The translations under genes and the position numbers were made by a program. This document shows, piece after piece, positions 55,452 through 64,000 of a stretch of 64,000 nt of DNA (position 1 is the first letter of the stretch; the number at the start of each line of letters is the position of its first letter). The notes under the pieces were generated by a model, which was given only the letters and a program-made list of their open reading frames with translations, searched no databases and was not told the DNA's origin. The stretch lies in the IMG/VR virus record IMGVR_UViG_3300005841_000939; one strand, 5' to 3'. The stretch is from a virus (lineage: Duplodnaviria; Caudoviricetes).

Positions 55452-56704
55452 ATTGCGTATTGGTCGTTGAAGCGGTCTTCGCCCTTAAAGATTCCTGAGT
55501 CAAAGAATTCTTCGCAGAGCGATGGATATTCCCATAAATTAATACGGGTGATGAATGCAACCATTATATCCTTTGGTATGAATTGCATTTTGAAGAAGTC
55601 AATAAGCCATGTCACTGTACTTACACCATCCTTATATTCTTCTCGTATCCAATCAATCATAGTGTCAATAGCAGCGTCAAGGAGATCCATACGAACGCTT
55701 TCAACACCACCATCAATATACGTTACCAGACGATGTTTGATCTTCTCTTCCTTGCTCTTGCAAGATTTCAATTCGTCAAGAGTGAAATATTCATCAGAAC
55801 GGAACTTTTCATTCCACCAAATATTTAAGAAAGAACCACCAAGATAAGTACCAATAACTGCACGTCCGTTTTCACGAATCCAATTGCGATCCTTATCTTT
55901 AAGATGTTGCATGATGTTGACCAAGCTACGACGCGATGGCTCAACTCGGAAGTTCAAATCAAATTCAGCAAGATTGACAAAGTTTGAATGCTTCTGAACA
56001 ACCTTCATAGTTGTTTCATCAAAATATTCAGAAGCGTATGCGTAAAACTCTTCCTTGGTTGGTTCCACGATGATATGACCGCACCGGTCTTTCAAAGCTT
56101 CATCCATGCTGAATGCATCGTTTACCTGATATTTTCCATTTGATGGATTGCAGGCCGCTACGATAAAATCTTTTGGACCTATTTGATGTTCATGCATTTT
56201 ACCTTCGTTTAAGAAAGGCAACATACACGCCATAACGAATTTGTTTGCGCGATTCATTTCATCGAGGAAGTAGCATGTTGGGTTATCAACATCATTGGTC
56301 AACCAATTAGGACGAGTCCAAACCGTCTTTTGCTTGCCAGAAGATGATGCTGACATTGTCCGAACCCATTCATATTCACTTGAAGTGAGATCCTTGTTTT
56401 TGTTGACCTTTTCAAGAAGTCTGTTCATGTATACTTGATCCTCATCATCAAGTGAACGAGACATCAAGCCAACAAGGTCTTCAACACCTTGCGATGCAAG
56501 ATGGAGAACAACAATTCTATAATTGTTATCTTCACAATATTTTTTGATGATGCTGGTTTTACCTACAGCCTTCACACCCCAAAGAACAAGAGGATTTCTT
56601 GTCTCAGCAGAGAATGCAATTGCCTTGAGAACTTCGCTAATTGGAAATCTCATGCAATCGGAACGAGTTGATTGCTGTACAGCTAAATTTTCAGTGGTTG
56701 TCAT
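55439..56704 (-). CDS. MoxR-like AAA+ ATPase
   Basis: Walker A GVKAVGKT; Walker B YFLDEMNRA; IVAACNP; DEALKDR. Confidence 0.92.
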   Translation of the reverse strand: MTTTENLAVQQSTRSDCMRFPISEVLKAIAFSAETRNPLVLWGVKAVGKTSIIKKYCEDNNYRIVVLHLASQGVEDLVGLMSRSLDDEDQVYMNRLLEKVNKNKDLTSSEYEWVRTMSASSSGKQKTVWTRPNWLTNDVDNPTCYFLDEMNRANKFVMACMLPFLNEGKMHEHQIGPKDFIVAACNPSNGKYQVNDAFSMDEALKDRCGHIIVEPTKEEFYAYASEYFDETTMKVVQKHSNFVNLAEFDLNFRVEPSRRSLVNIMQHLKDKDRNWIRENGRAVIGTYLGGSFLNIWWNEKFRSDEYFTLDELKSCKSKEEKIKHRLVTYIDGGVESVRMDLLDAAIDTMIDWIREEYKDGVSTVTWLIDFFKMQFIPKDIMVAFITRINLWEYPSLCEEFFDSGIFKGEDRFNDQYAICEK

Positions 56705-56736
56705 GGTTTCGGATTCTACATGTTAAATGTGGACAA

Positions 56737-58425
56737 TCAATGCATTTTAGAGAACCAATCGTTATTACCACCTTGATGGATAACGATAAATCCTCTTTCT
56801 CTTAGGGATTCTGCTTGTGAATCTGAACAAGAAGATGTAGCGAAAATGAGAATTTGGAAAGAAAAGTCTGCCTGTTTATATCCATCCTCAATATATCCGT
56901 CAGTAAAGCAAAGAACTGGTTTTCCATTTCCTTCTTTAGCTAACATGGTAAGGACTGGAAGGAATGCAGTTCCACCTGTCGCAGAAATTGGGACTTCAGG
57001 AATACTTTTAACAGAGACATAATGATCACCAACAACACCGTCCGAAAATTCTATAAATCGGACCATATCATCATGAACCGTCTGTGAAATTTTTTCAGTT
57101 TCAGCAGCAAATGCATTGTAATCAGCCTTGCTTACTGATCCACTTCGGTCCATAGCATATACTGCATCATAGCCAATCTCCATGCTTCTGCCAGGAAACT
57201 GACCTTCTATTTTTCTTGATTCCTTCTTATATGTGTATTCATAATCATTGAAATTCGTCCACCGCATAATGAAGAACTGATAAATTGTTTCCCAAGAAAT
57301 TTTTGAAGGGGATATAATTGCTTTGACGTATTTTTTGACAAAATCTGGAATCTGATGACTATCAAAGAAATCATCCAATGATGTTCTATTTTGAGATTTG
57401 GCATTTCTATCTGCTTGGCGCAGATCATTATCAGTAACACGTTTTTCTTCGTCAGTTAAATCATTGAATTCGTTGAATTGTTCAACGCCCTTTCCAGCCC
57501 AAACTCCACATTCATTTCCATGGCCAGTTAGGTCTTCAATTGAATATTCTTTTCCTGACAAACTACCAATCGCAACACCTAATTTAGCTAATGATTGTTC
57601 ACCTTGTGGAGTTTGGCCACCCTTTTTCAACAAATCAATATAATATTCACTGGTCTGATTCATGAACCGATCATGATCAAAATATTTTATATTGATATTT
57701 TCTTCGGTTATCTCTGAAAAAGATAGTTCGCGATCAGCACCTCTTGATTGAAATAATGTTTCATCGCTCATCAAAAAAGTAAACAACAATGTTTTGTTGT
57801 ATCTTGTCATGAAAGATTTTGCGATTTCTTCCGAACCAAAATTGAGAGATTGATTGATGGCAAAATCCATGCCAATATTTTCAATTTGAGCGAGAGTTTT
57901 GCGCTTTTCCTTATTTGTCTCTATAATGCTTTCTGATCTATGAATCGTTAAATGATTCATAATGATGTGACAAATTTCGTGTGTCGTTACAGCCTTGATA
58001 AAATGGTGTAAATCTGCACGAATGAATTTTTCTTTTTGATGAAGATCAGTCCAATCCTTGAATGCTTCTTCTGAAATCCAATGTCCCCGTTGCATTGATT
58101 TGGTCAAAATGTCATCGTAATAATTGATAACACTTTCATCCATAAACTTTTTGCACTCTTCACGATAAACAACGTCCCAAATTATATAAGGGTTGTATGT
58201 GATTCGGTGCTTTCTTGAAGTTGGGATGAATGATGCCATGCCAATTGCAGGACATGAGAAATCATCACGAACATACAAGCGATTATAGAATGCTCTTAAA
58301 AAATCACCTATATCATAATTGGGATTTTTTGTGTAGAACAGAAACCGAGTCGTATTCCATTTCTGAATCTCGGATGGAAGAATTTTTGGCGCTTCAGTTT
58401 TTTCAGGTTCTGCTGTTGAATTCAT
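56737..58425 (-). CDS. DUF2201-type HExxH metallopeptidase-like plus VWA domain protein
   Basis: THEICHIIMNH...DFAINQ; MIDAS DRSGSVS...TGGTAF.PV...CFTDGY. Confidence 0.9.
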   Translation of the reverse strand: MNSTAEPEKTEAPKILPSEIQKWNTTRFLFYTKNPNYDIGDFLRAFYNRLYVRDDFSCPAIGMASFIPTSRKHRITYNPYIIWDVVYREECKKFMDESVINYYDDILTKSMQRGHWISEEAFKDWTDLHQKEKFIRADLHHFIKAVTTHEICHIIMNHLTIHRSESIIETNKEKRKTLAQIENIGMDFAINQSLNFGSEEIAKSFMTRYNKTLLFTFLMSDETLFQSRGADRELSFSEITEENINIKYFDHDRFMNQTSEYYIDLLKKGGQTPQGEQSLAKLGVAIGSLSGKEYSIEDLTGHGNECGVWAGKGVEQFNEFNDLTDEEKRVTDNDLRQADRNAKSQNRTSLDDFFDSHQIPDFVKKYVKAIISPSKISWETIYQFFIMRWTNFNDYEYTYKKESRKIEGQFPGRSMEIGYDAVYAMDRSGSVSKADYNAFAAETEKISQTVHDDMVRFIEFSDGVVGDHYVSVKSIPEVPISATGGTAFLPVLTMLAKEGNGKPVLCFTDGYIEDGYKQADFSFQILIFATSSCSDSQAESLRERGFIVIHQGGNNDWFSKMH

Positions 58426-58966
58426 TTTGTGTTGATTGAGGGTCTTGATCGTTTACTCCCGACGATCCAAAACCCTTTTCTCCTCTTTCTGTATGAGTAG
58501 AAATATCATCAACTTCAACAAAATCAACATCAAAAACAGGACATAACACCAATTGTGCTAATTTATCACCTGGAGTTACATTAAACGGATATTTACCATG
58601 ATTTATTACCACTAGGATTAATTCTCCACGATAATCAGAATCTATTGTGCTTGGAGAATTTAGAATGGTTAAACCTTTATTTAAAGCTAAACCAGAACGA
58701 GGTCTTATTTGTATTTCCCAACCAAGAGGGATTTCAACCTGAACACCAGTTTTAATTGCTTTCCATTCACCAGCATTTATCAATTTATGCTCGCAGGAAG
58801 AAATATCATATCCTGAATCAGTTTTATGAGCCTTCTTTGGAATTCTAGCAAATTCGTGTATCAATTTATATTTAAAAATTGGCTTTTCAGAATGGAAAGC
58901 ATCAGGAATAAATAGGATTTTTGGAGTTGGTTTGAAAAAGTTGAGGATCTTAGTTATAAAAGACAT
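58403..58966 (-). CDS. dut: dUTPase (trimeric)
   Basis: DSGYDI; IRPRSGLA; TIDSDYRGEL; GDKLAQLV; RGEKGFGSSG. Confidence 0.97.
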   Translation of the reverse strand: MSFITKILNFFKPTPKILFIPDAFHSEKPIFKYKLIHEFARIPKKAHKTDSGYDISSCEHKLINAGEWKAIKTGVQVEIPLGWEIQIRPRSGLALNKGLTILNSPSTIDSDYRGELILVVINHGKYPFNVTPGDKLAQLVLCPVFDVDFVEVDDISTHTERGEKGFGSSGVNDQDPQSTQNEFNSRT

Positions 58967-59191
58967 TTAAGGTGCTCTTTGTGTACAGGCCCAACAGTGG
59001 TTTCCGTCGGTTATCTTCTTATTAAGAAGTGTACAGTTGAAGCTACAACTTACAACAATATCCTTAGCGATGCAACATGCTGTCGCAGGTTCATGCTTTG
59101 TCTTTATATCAAGAGGACCACGATATTTACAAGGTATTGCTCCTTGAATTTGATCATAAGTGACTTGTTGATGTGGAACCTTGTCACCCAT
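58967..59191 (-). CDS. Small Cys-rich protein
   Basis: PCKY...CC...C..NC...CWAC. Confidence 0.7.
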   Translation of the reverse strand: MGDKVPHQQVTYDQIQGAIPCKYRGPLDIKTKHEPATACCIAKDIVVSCSFNCTLLNKKITDGNHCWACTQRAP

Positions 59192-59531
59192 TTTTATATG
59201 TCCTACAACCTTGGCAATATGAGCCCTTCACTTGGCCATAAATCTTACAAAAAACTTTTTTTGTTTCCGTTGAAGGGCCATCTTCCCACACTTCAACAGT
59301 TTCTGCTACCTGCTGTTTAACCATGGTTGTCTGTCCTGCATTTTTATTTTTACAGGAACATCCACCTTGTTTAACTGGCACATCTATAGTCTTATAAACC
59401 TGATTGCCATTTTCATCTTTTTTTGGAACTAATTTACGAACTTTCCCTACAGGAGTATTTGATTCGGCCACAATTTCTTTTATCTTAAAATTGCAAGGGC
59501 TTGCTTGAAGATCAGCGTCTGTTCTTGACAT
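59184..59531 (-). CDS. Small Cys-rich protein
   Basis: PCNF...CSC...FC...CQGC. Confidence 0.7.
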   Translation of the reverse strand: MSRTDADLQASPCNFKIKEIVAESNTPVGKVRKLVPKKDENGNQVYKTIDVPVKQGGCSCKNKNAGQTTMVKQQVAETVEVWEDGPSTETKKVFCKIYGQVKGSYCQGCRTYKNG

Positions 59532-59532
59532 A

Positions 59533-60186
59533 TTAGATGTACCTCAAAACATAGTTGTTTGTTGGAACCATACCAGAATGAGCGAATGTACAACTAATTC
59601 TCATGGTATCAGCATTGCGATATGTAAATGATAACGGATTTAATCCAATTGGGAATGCATCAATAAATTTGTATTCTGAAACCTTATCTCTATGATTATT
59701 TGTGACGATCAAATAAATGTCTGTAAAATATTCCTCAACCATACGACGACCAGAAATTTTATTATATTCTTCTGGATTATGAAGACCGTACATCCAATAT
59801 AAAAGAGCATTATAATTAATAAGATTTTCTGAAACGATCATTTCTAATTCAAGTTCACCAAAATGAATCTTACTTGCTCTTGAAATATCAGCAAATTGTG
59901 TACCTAATGTTACTTTATCAATATTTACTGATGGAAGATTTGCATCAGCCAAATAAAGACGAAAATTGGTCATATCTAAATTTGTTTCACGTCTCAACTG
60001 TGCATTTGTTGGTTGATAACAATCAGCAGATAAACTAGGTGTAATTATTCCTGGATGTGTTTTATCTCTGAAAGCTGAACTTATATATTGTAAAGTAGGT
60101 ATTTTGGGGATAACGAGATAAAAGTTATCCGCATTACTATTATTCAACTCAAGAATACCGTTTGGCTCTGAGTAATTTTCAACCAT
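59533..60186 (-). CDS. Tail completion/tube terminator protein, T4 gp3-like
   Basis: F.L.IPKIP...ANLPSVNI...FGELELEMIVSENLINY..L..WM.GL...KFIDAFP..L..LSF. Confidence 0.82.
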   Translation of the reverse strand: MVENYSEPNGILELNNSNADNFYLVIPKIPTLQYISSAFRDKTHPGIITPSLSADCYQPTNAQLRRETNLDMTNFRLYLADANLPSVNIDKVTLGTQFADISRASKIHFGELELEMIVSENLINYNALLYWMYGLHNPEEYNKISGRRMVEEYFTDIYLIVTNNHRDKVSEYKFIDAFPIGLNPLSFTYRNADTMRISCTFAHSGMVPTNNYVLRYI

Positions 60187-60536
60187 TATACAATCCCATC
60201 ATCAAGTAATTCAAAATCTTGTACCGCTCTATTAGTATATTCAATACCATCAATTTTAGTAAGTGATGTAAAAATGGCAGTATAGATTCCAGAAGACATA
60301 TTAGGATGAGTTTGGTATCTATGGAAATACCAACCAGGGCGATTTGGAACGCGAGTCATATCAACCGCGTAAACTAGTCTTTCTTTTGTTGAGGAATCAT
60401 ATATCGCCAAAGTGACACAAATTGCATCACGATATTCATTTGTACATGGCGGTAAACTCAAATCAACATAAGGTTTATGCTTAAATATAAATGTAATAGC
60501 ATCGCCTCGTCTATATGCTGAATCGTATGTTTCCAT
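60186..60536 (-). CDS. Hypothetical late protein
   Basis: 116 aa; CATAAATA box at 60552-60559 and GAGG RBS. Confidence 0.72.
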   Translation of the reverse strand: METYDSAYRRGDAITFIFKHKPYVDLSLPPCTNEYRDAICVTLAIYDSSTKERLVYAVDMTRVPNRPGWYFHRYQTHPNMSSGIYTAIFTSLTKIDGIEYTNRAVQDFELLDDGIV

Positions 60537-60736
60537 TGTTGCCTCGTATCTTATTTATGTTTTTCTTGACTTTTTAAAATTGTGATGGAAAATTCTTTTG
60601 CAGTCTCAGCAAAATTAGAATAACAATTCCGCTTGTGAATCTTTCAATATAGAAATTTCAATGCATGCAGTTGGTTGAATTTCAAACTCATTTCCATTTA
60701 TAGGATTGATGGAAATCTCACTACAGTTATTATCAC

Positions 60737-62137
60737 TCATTTAAATATTCCTGTTACTTCTGGAAGAATTGGTTTCTTGTTTTGAGCAGATGGCTCATAG
60801 ATATTGAAGAACGAATCCTTAATTATTACCATCTTACGCATTCCATGTCCATCAATTGATTGATCAGTTATTTCTTCAACCAACCAAGCACCAGACATTT
60901 GTTCATCAATAGGATGTGATTGCATCTTATCAATTTCTGCCATACCTGACAAGAAAGTGATATAAATCTTATCGCCAATTTGAACAGTCTCATCAATAAA
61001 TGTCAAAATTTCACAACGCAATTGATATTGATGCTCTGTTAACTTATTTGATAGATAATCTTTAGCTTCTACTTTATTTCTTTTTTCACCCAAAAAATAT
61101 TGACGAGCTTGATCATTATCAATTTGTGTACTCCATAACGCAAAGTTATAGAAACTCTTATTTGTTTTGATATTTTCTGAATATCTATTTAAATGTGTTA
61201 CATATTGTGATTTTGTATAATCATAACTTAAAAGATATGCGCCACTTGATCCACTTGGAATGGCAGTTATGTCATATGTCAAAAACTTATAATTTAAAAT
61301 CATATTTGGTGTTCTTGAACCAAATGCAATATTACTTCCAGTTTTTTCAACAGATGAAACATCAATCATTGTGAATACTGTTGTCTTCGCATTTTCAAAC
61401 ATTGCATTCATGCTTTTCAAATTGATGCGAATTGATCCAGAATCCAAATCTGATGTTGTAAAAAATTTAACACATCCATTATTTTTTGTTGATTTTGCAA
61501 AATCTAACAAATAAGAAAACATTTTTTGGGTTTTCCATGAAGGACAGTAGAAATATGGTGATGTTCTCAAAACTTCAAAATCTAAAGTAAATAGACTCTT
61601 TTCATTTATTTTTAAATCTTCTTCTATGTGTTGGCGAAAAATTTGATCTATAGCGACACCCTTAATATCTGATCCAGTATCATTTCCCCAAGCTCTTTGC
61701 CATTGAACATCATTATATTTAAGGAAAAATGGTGCTTCAACTAAGTGAAATTTTAAAGCTTTTCTTGAAAAACGAGTTGAATCGTTTCCATCAATCATTG
61801 CTTCTTCCATATCAAAAATATTGAAATGGATAAAGACAGGTTTAGCTGTTGTAATTGATCCTCTTGTCGCGTTATTGTACGCAATCGTAATAATTTCGTT
61901 TCCAGTAATAGGAAGAGATTCACGAATGCCATACTTATCTTCTACAGTCAACGAGCCATAGCGATACATTCCATTTAACGAAGTATGTACTTCAAATGAG
62001 TGTGGGATACCAAACTTATTTTTAATTAAATCCCCAGCTTTTAAACCATCCATGTATGGGCCGCGAGTTATCCAGCAGAATGATGACACCGTGTCAAATT
62101 CTGGTTTACCTTCAAGATTTGGATATGTTTCAGGCAT
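60737..62137 (-). CDS. Baseplate hub protein (gp27/late control D-like)
   Basis: YGSLTVED...ESLPITGNEII.I...P..K....L; C-terminal GDKI...SG.WLV..I. Confidence 0.72.
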   Translation of the reverse strand: MPETYPNLEGKPEFDTVSSFCWITRGPYMDGLKAGDLIKNKFGIPHSFEVHTSLNGMYRYGSLTVEDKYGIRESLPITGNEIITIAYNNATRGSITTAKPVFIHFNIFDMEEAMIDGNDSTRFSRKALKFHLVEAPFFLKYNDVQWQRAWGNDTGSDIKGVAIDQIFRQHIEEDLKINEKSLFTLDFEVLRTSPYFYCPSWKTQKMFSYLLDFAKSTKNNGCVKFFTTSDLDSGSIRINLKSMNAMFENAKTTVFTMIDVSSVEKTGSNIAFGSRTPNMILNYKFLTYDITAIPSGSSGAYLLSYDYTKSQYVTHLNRYSENIKTNKSFYNFALWSTQIDNDQARQYFLGEKRNKVEAKDYLSNKLTEHQYQLRCEILTFIDETVQIGDKIYITFLSGMAEIDKMQSHPIDEQMSGAWLVEEITDQSIDGHGMRKMVIIKDSFFNIYEPSAQNKKPILPEVTGIFK

Positions 62138-62553
62138 TAGTTGGTATCACCTATACGGTCATTTGAAATCTTTGCTTGTCTTGCTTGTAGCAATAATTGA
62201 TCAACATATTGTTTATCAAGGATTTTTAAATCACTGACTTCATCAGTAAAGATTGTTTGGTCCATAACGATAAAAGGATTCTCAATATCATTAAACATTG
62301 GAATTAACCACCAAAGGCGCTGATCATCATAATATGTGTTTGCAAGACTAACCCAGGTATCTCCTTGCTTAACATTATACAAGAAAAAGTAGCGAAGTTT
62401 ATCTTTATAAAACGGTGAAATAACATACGCATCCCATATATCCAACATTTGATTTGGATTTTCTGCTTTATCGTATGTTATAGCTCTAAACAAGTTCATG
62501 AAACTTGTTGTTGGAAAGTTTAAATTAGAAGCCATTTGCTCTTGATACTCCAT
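62137..62553 (-). CDS. Baseplate wedge protein gp53-like (LysM-like)
   Basis: YNVKQGDTWVSLANTYYDDQRLWWLI..FN.I.NP. Confidence 0.85.
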   Translation of the reverse strand: MEYQEQMASNLNFPTTSFMNLFRAITYDKAENPNQMLDIWDAYVISPFYKDKLRYFFLYNVKQGDTWVSLANTYYDDQRLWWLIPMFNDIENPFIVMDQTIFTDEVSDLKILDKQYVDQLLLQARQAKISNDRIGDTN

Positions 62554-64000
62554 TTGCCAAGTTTAAGTTACTTGCAAATCCAGCTTGTTTTTCAGAAACA
62601 GTAACAAGACCGTTTCCAGGATTTGGTCCACCACCAGCATAAAATGATTCTAAGAAATCATCTCTAAACATTGGTAGAGCATTACTTACTGTTATTGAAA
62701 TTTTTGCCCAAGAAGGATACGCATATGGAAGACTATACTTATTGTAATAAGCAGTGTCATTTTTAAATGTTTTTGATGCTCTATCAGTCAAACTACCTGG
62801 ATTCATTGGATTAATAAACGTTGTTTGTGGATTATTTGTTTTACTTTTTGATGTGCCAGCATTTTCAAACGCATTTTTAAATGCATCTGAAATAGAATCT
62901 AAGAAACCTTTACTTGCTGCTGCCGCTGCAACACTGTTTCTTACTGTATTTTCCAATTCACCATTTGGTGAAAGTGGATCACCATTGAAGTTGTACCATG
63001 GACCTTGGAATGAGTAATCAACGCTATCAATATAAGCTAACGGGAATGTAAACAATCCCGATGCGTGACGAATGGACATATATTCTGGACGACGAGAAAC
63101 ATAATAACGATAAGGACCAATACCACCATAACGAGAAAATTTATTTTCCAAGTTATCTAACAATTTTCCTGCTTCTTCTGCTTTGACACCAGACGCCAAC
63201 AACAAACTTCTAATACTATCAGGTGTTCCAGCGTTCAATGCTGCTTTTTGAGTTGCTTTACTTGCAGCTTGACCAATATTTGCAAAATTACCACTTGTTG
63301 TTCTCTTTGGATAAGACAATGATGTCAAAAACATAATTGGTCTGAATACATCTCTAATGAAATCATTTTTTGTGAAAAGAACGAAATCAATTGTGATTGA
63401 TTGTTTAGCAGTACCTGAATATGTTGAAATACTTTCAATACGTCGTTGAACAATTGAATTTACACCTTGTTCTTGACCTCTTTGTGAACTACCAAGAACC
63501 GTTGCACCTAATGAAAGCAATGTATCTGCTGTATTAACAGTTCCCAAAACTTGATTAATTGATGATGCAACACGATCTTCATCATTATATGTGTGTTTGT
63601 GAGAGAAATTAAGATAATCACTATTTGTAGGATAAATAGTAAATACACCTAATGTATTGCTCTTTGCTGCGTCAACGTCATTGACAACTAAACCAGCAGA
63701 ATCTGTTGTTGCTTTTGGTGCTGGTGGTGTAATTTCAAAAATATTGAAGTGGACAGCATCACGCGCAACATCCAATGCCCCACGCTTGCCATATGGTGAA
63801 ATACCATTTGCTAATTTGAAATCACCAAGTGAATTCAATGTTGGCATTTGTAAATAAAATGGTGCTCCATTATTAATACCTTCAAATCCAGTATCAGGTC
63901 TTATATTTGAACTTTCTAGTTGTGATGTAACTTGTGTACTACTAAAATTAGCATCAGATACATTACCTGTAATAGTATTATTTCCAAAAACGATATTGCT
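62525..64000 (-). CDS. Baseplate tail-tube cap, gp48-like; 5' end outside the window
   Basis: Frame stays open from 64000 through ATG 63847 (51 extra codons); F.F.L.T...I..I...P...AYIDSVD..F.GP. Confidence 0.65.
   Translation of the reverse strand, partial: SNIVFGNNTITGNVSDANFSSTQVTSQLESSNIRPDTGFEGINNGAPFYLQMPTLNSLGDFKLANGISPYGKRGALDVARDAVHFNIFEITPPAPKATTDSAGLVVNDVDAAKSNTLGVFTIYPTNSDYLNFSHKHTYNDEDRVASSINQVLGTVNTADTLLSLGATVLGSSQRGQEQGVNSIVQRRIESISTYSGTAKQSITIDFVLFTKNDFIRDVFRPIMFLTSLSYPKRTTSGNFANIGQAASKATQKAALNAGTPDSIRSLLLASGVKAEEAGKLLDNLENKFSRYGGIGPYRYYVSRRPEYMSIRHASGLFTFPLAYIDSVDYSFQGPWYNFNGDPLSPNGELENTVRNSVAAAAASKGFLDSISDAFKNAFENAGTSKSKTNNPQTTFINPMNPGSLTDRASKTFKNDTAYYNKYSLPYAYPSWAKISITVSNALPMFRDDFLESFYAGGGPNPGNGLVTVSEKQAGFASNLNLANGVSRANGF

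Noticed and set aside
60537-60736. Possible ncRNA or 41-codon ORF in the 200-nt gap
   Set aside because: No convincing hairpins, RBS or motif; it contains only a late-promoter-like box for the next gene
62525-63847. ATG 63847 as the start of the gp48-like gene
   Set aside because: The frame is open to the window edge with plausible sequence and no RBS, so the start probably lies beyond 64000
10081-63857. Many short opposite-strand or alternate-frame ORFs inside long genes (e.g. 10081..10569, 33573..33941, 22572..23177)
   Set aside because: Shadow frames of AT-rich or low-complexity coding sequence; no independent signals
1-64000. Genome-wide TAG reassignment (code 15)
   Set aside because: Genes up to 1670 codons have no internal TAG, 14796..15506 ends in TAG, and no CUA tRNA was found; only the HD gene has in-frame ambers

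Overview
AT-rich window of a large T4-like contractile-tailed (probably jumbo) phage genome, almost all on the minus strand. (1) 219-9129 is one tRNA-array transcription unit: a TATAAATA late-type promoter, a leader peptide/terminator that looks like a classical attenuator, 26 recognisable tRNAs (18 amino acids; no Glu or Gly), several aberrant tRNAs, two HNH genes, an amber-interrupted HD gene, and a closing terminator. It also holds many structured RNAs the ORF track misses. Two large RNAs (420 and 346 nt) are framed by a copy of the 23S rRNA L11-binding (GTPase-associated) domain. Nine copies of a conserved stem scaffold are present, six carrying circularly permuted tRNA-like domains (Y RNA/YrlA-like architecture). 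(2) 9165-17875: late head-associated-type proteins, DHFR, a J-domain protein, DUF1653 and an SPFH protein. (3) 17939-24771: two GT9-like glycosyltransferases next to a 1261-aa Ser-rich/Cys-repeat mucin-like fibre protein and its short paralog. (4) A plus-strand island with a dNMP kinase. (5) 26402-64000: an expanded baseplate/tail module (gp6, gp25, gp5, gp3, gp27-like, gp53, gp48-like and eight large accessory proteins), interrupted by an AAA+/VWA pair and dUTPase. All protein and RNA family calls come from motif recognition by eye; no database search or folding program was run.
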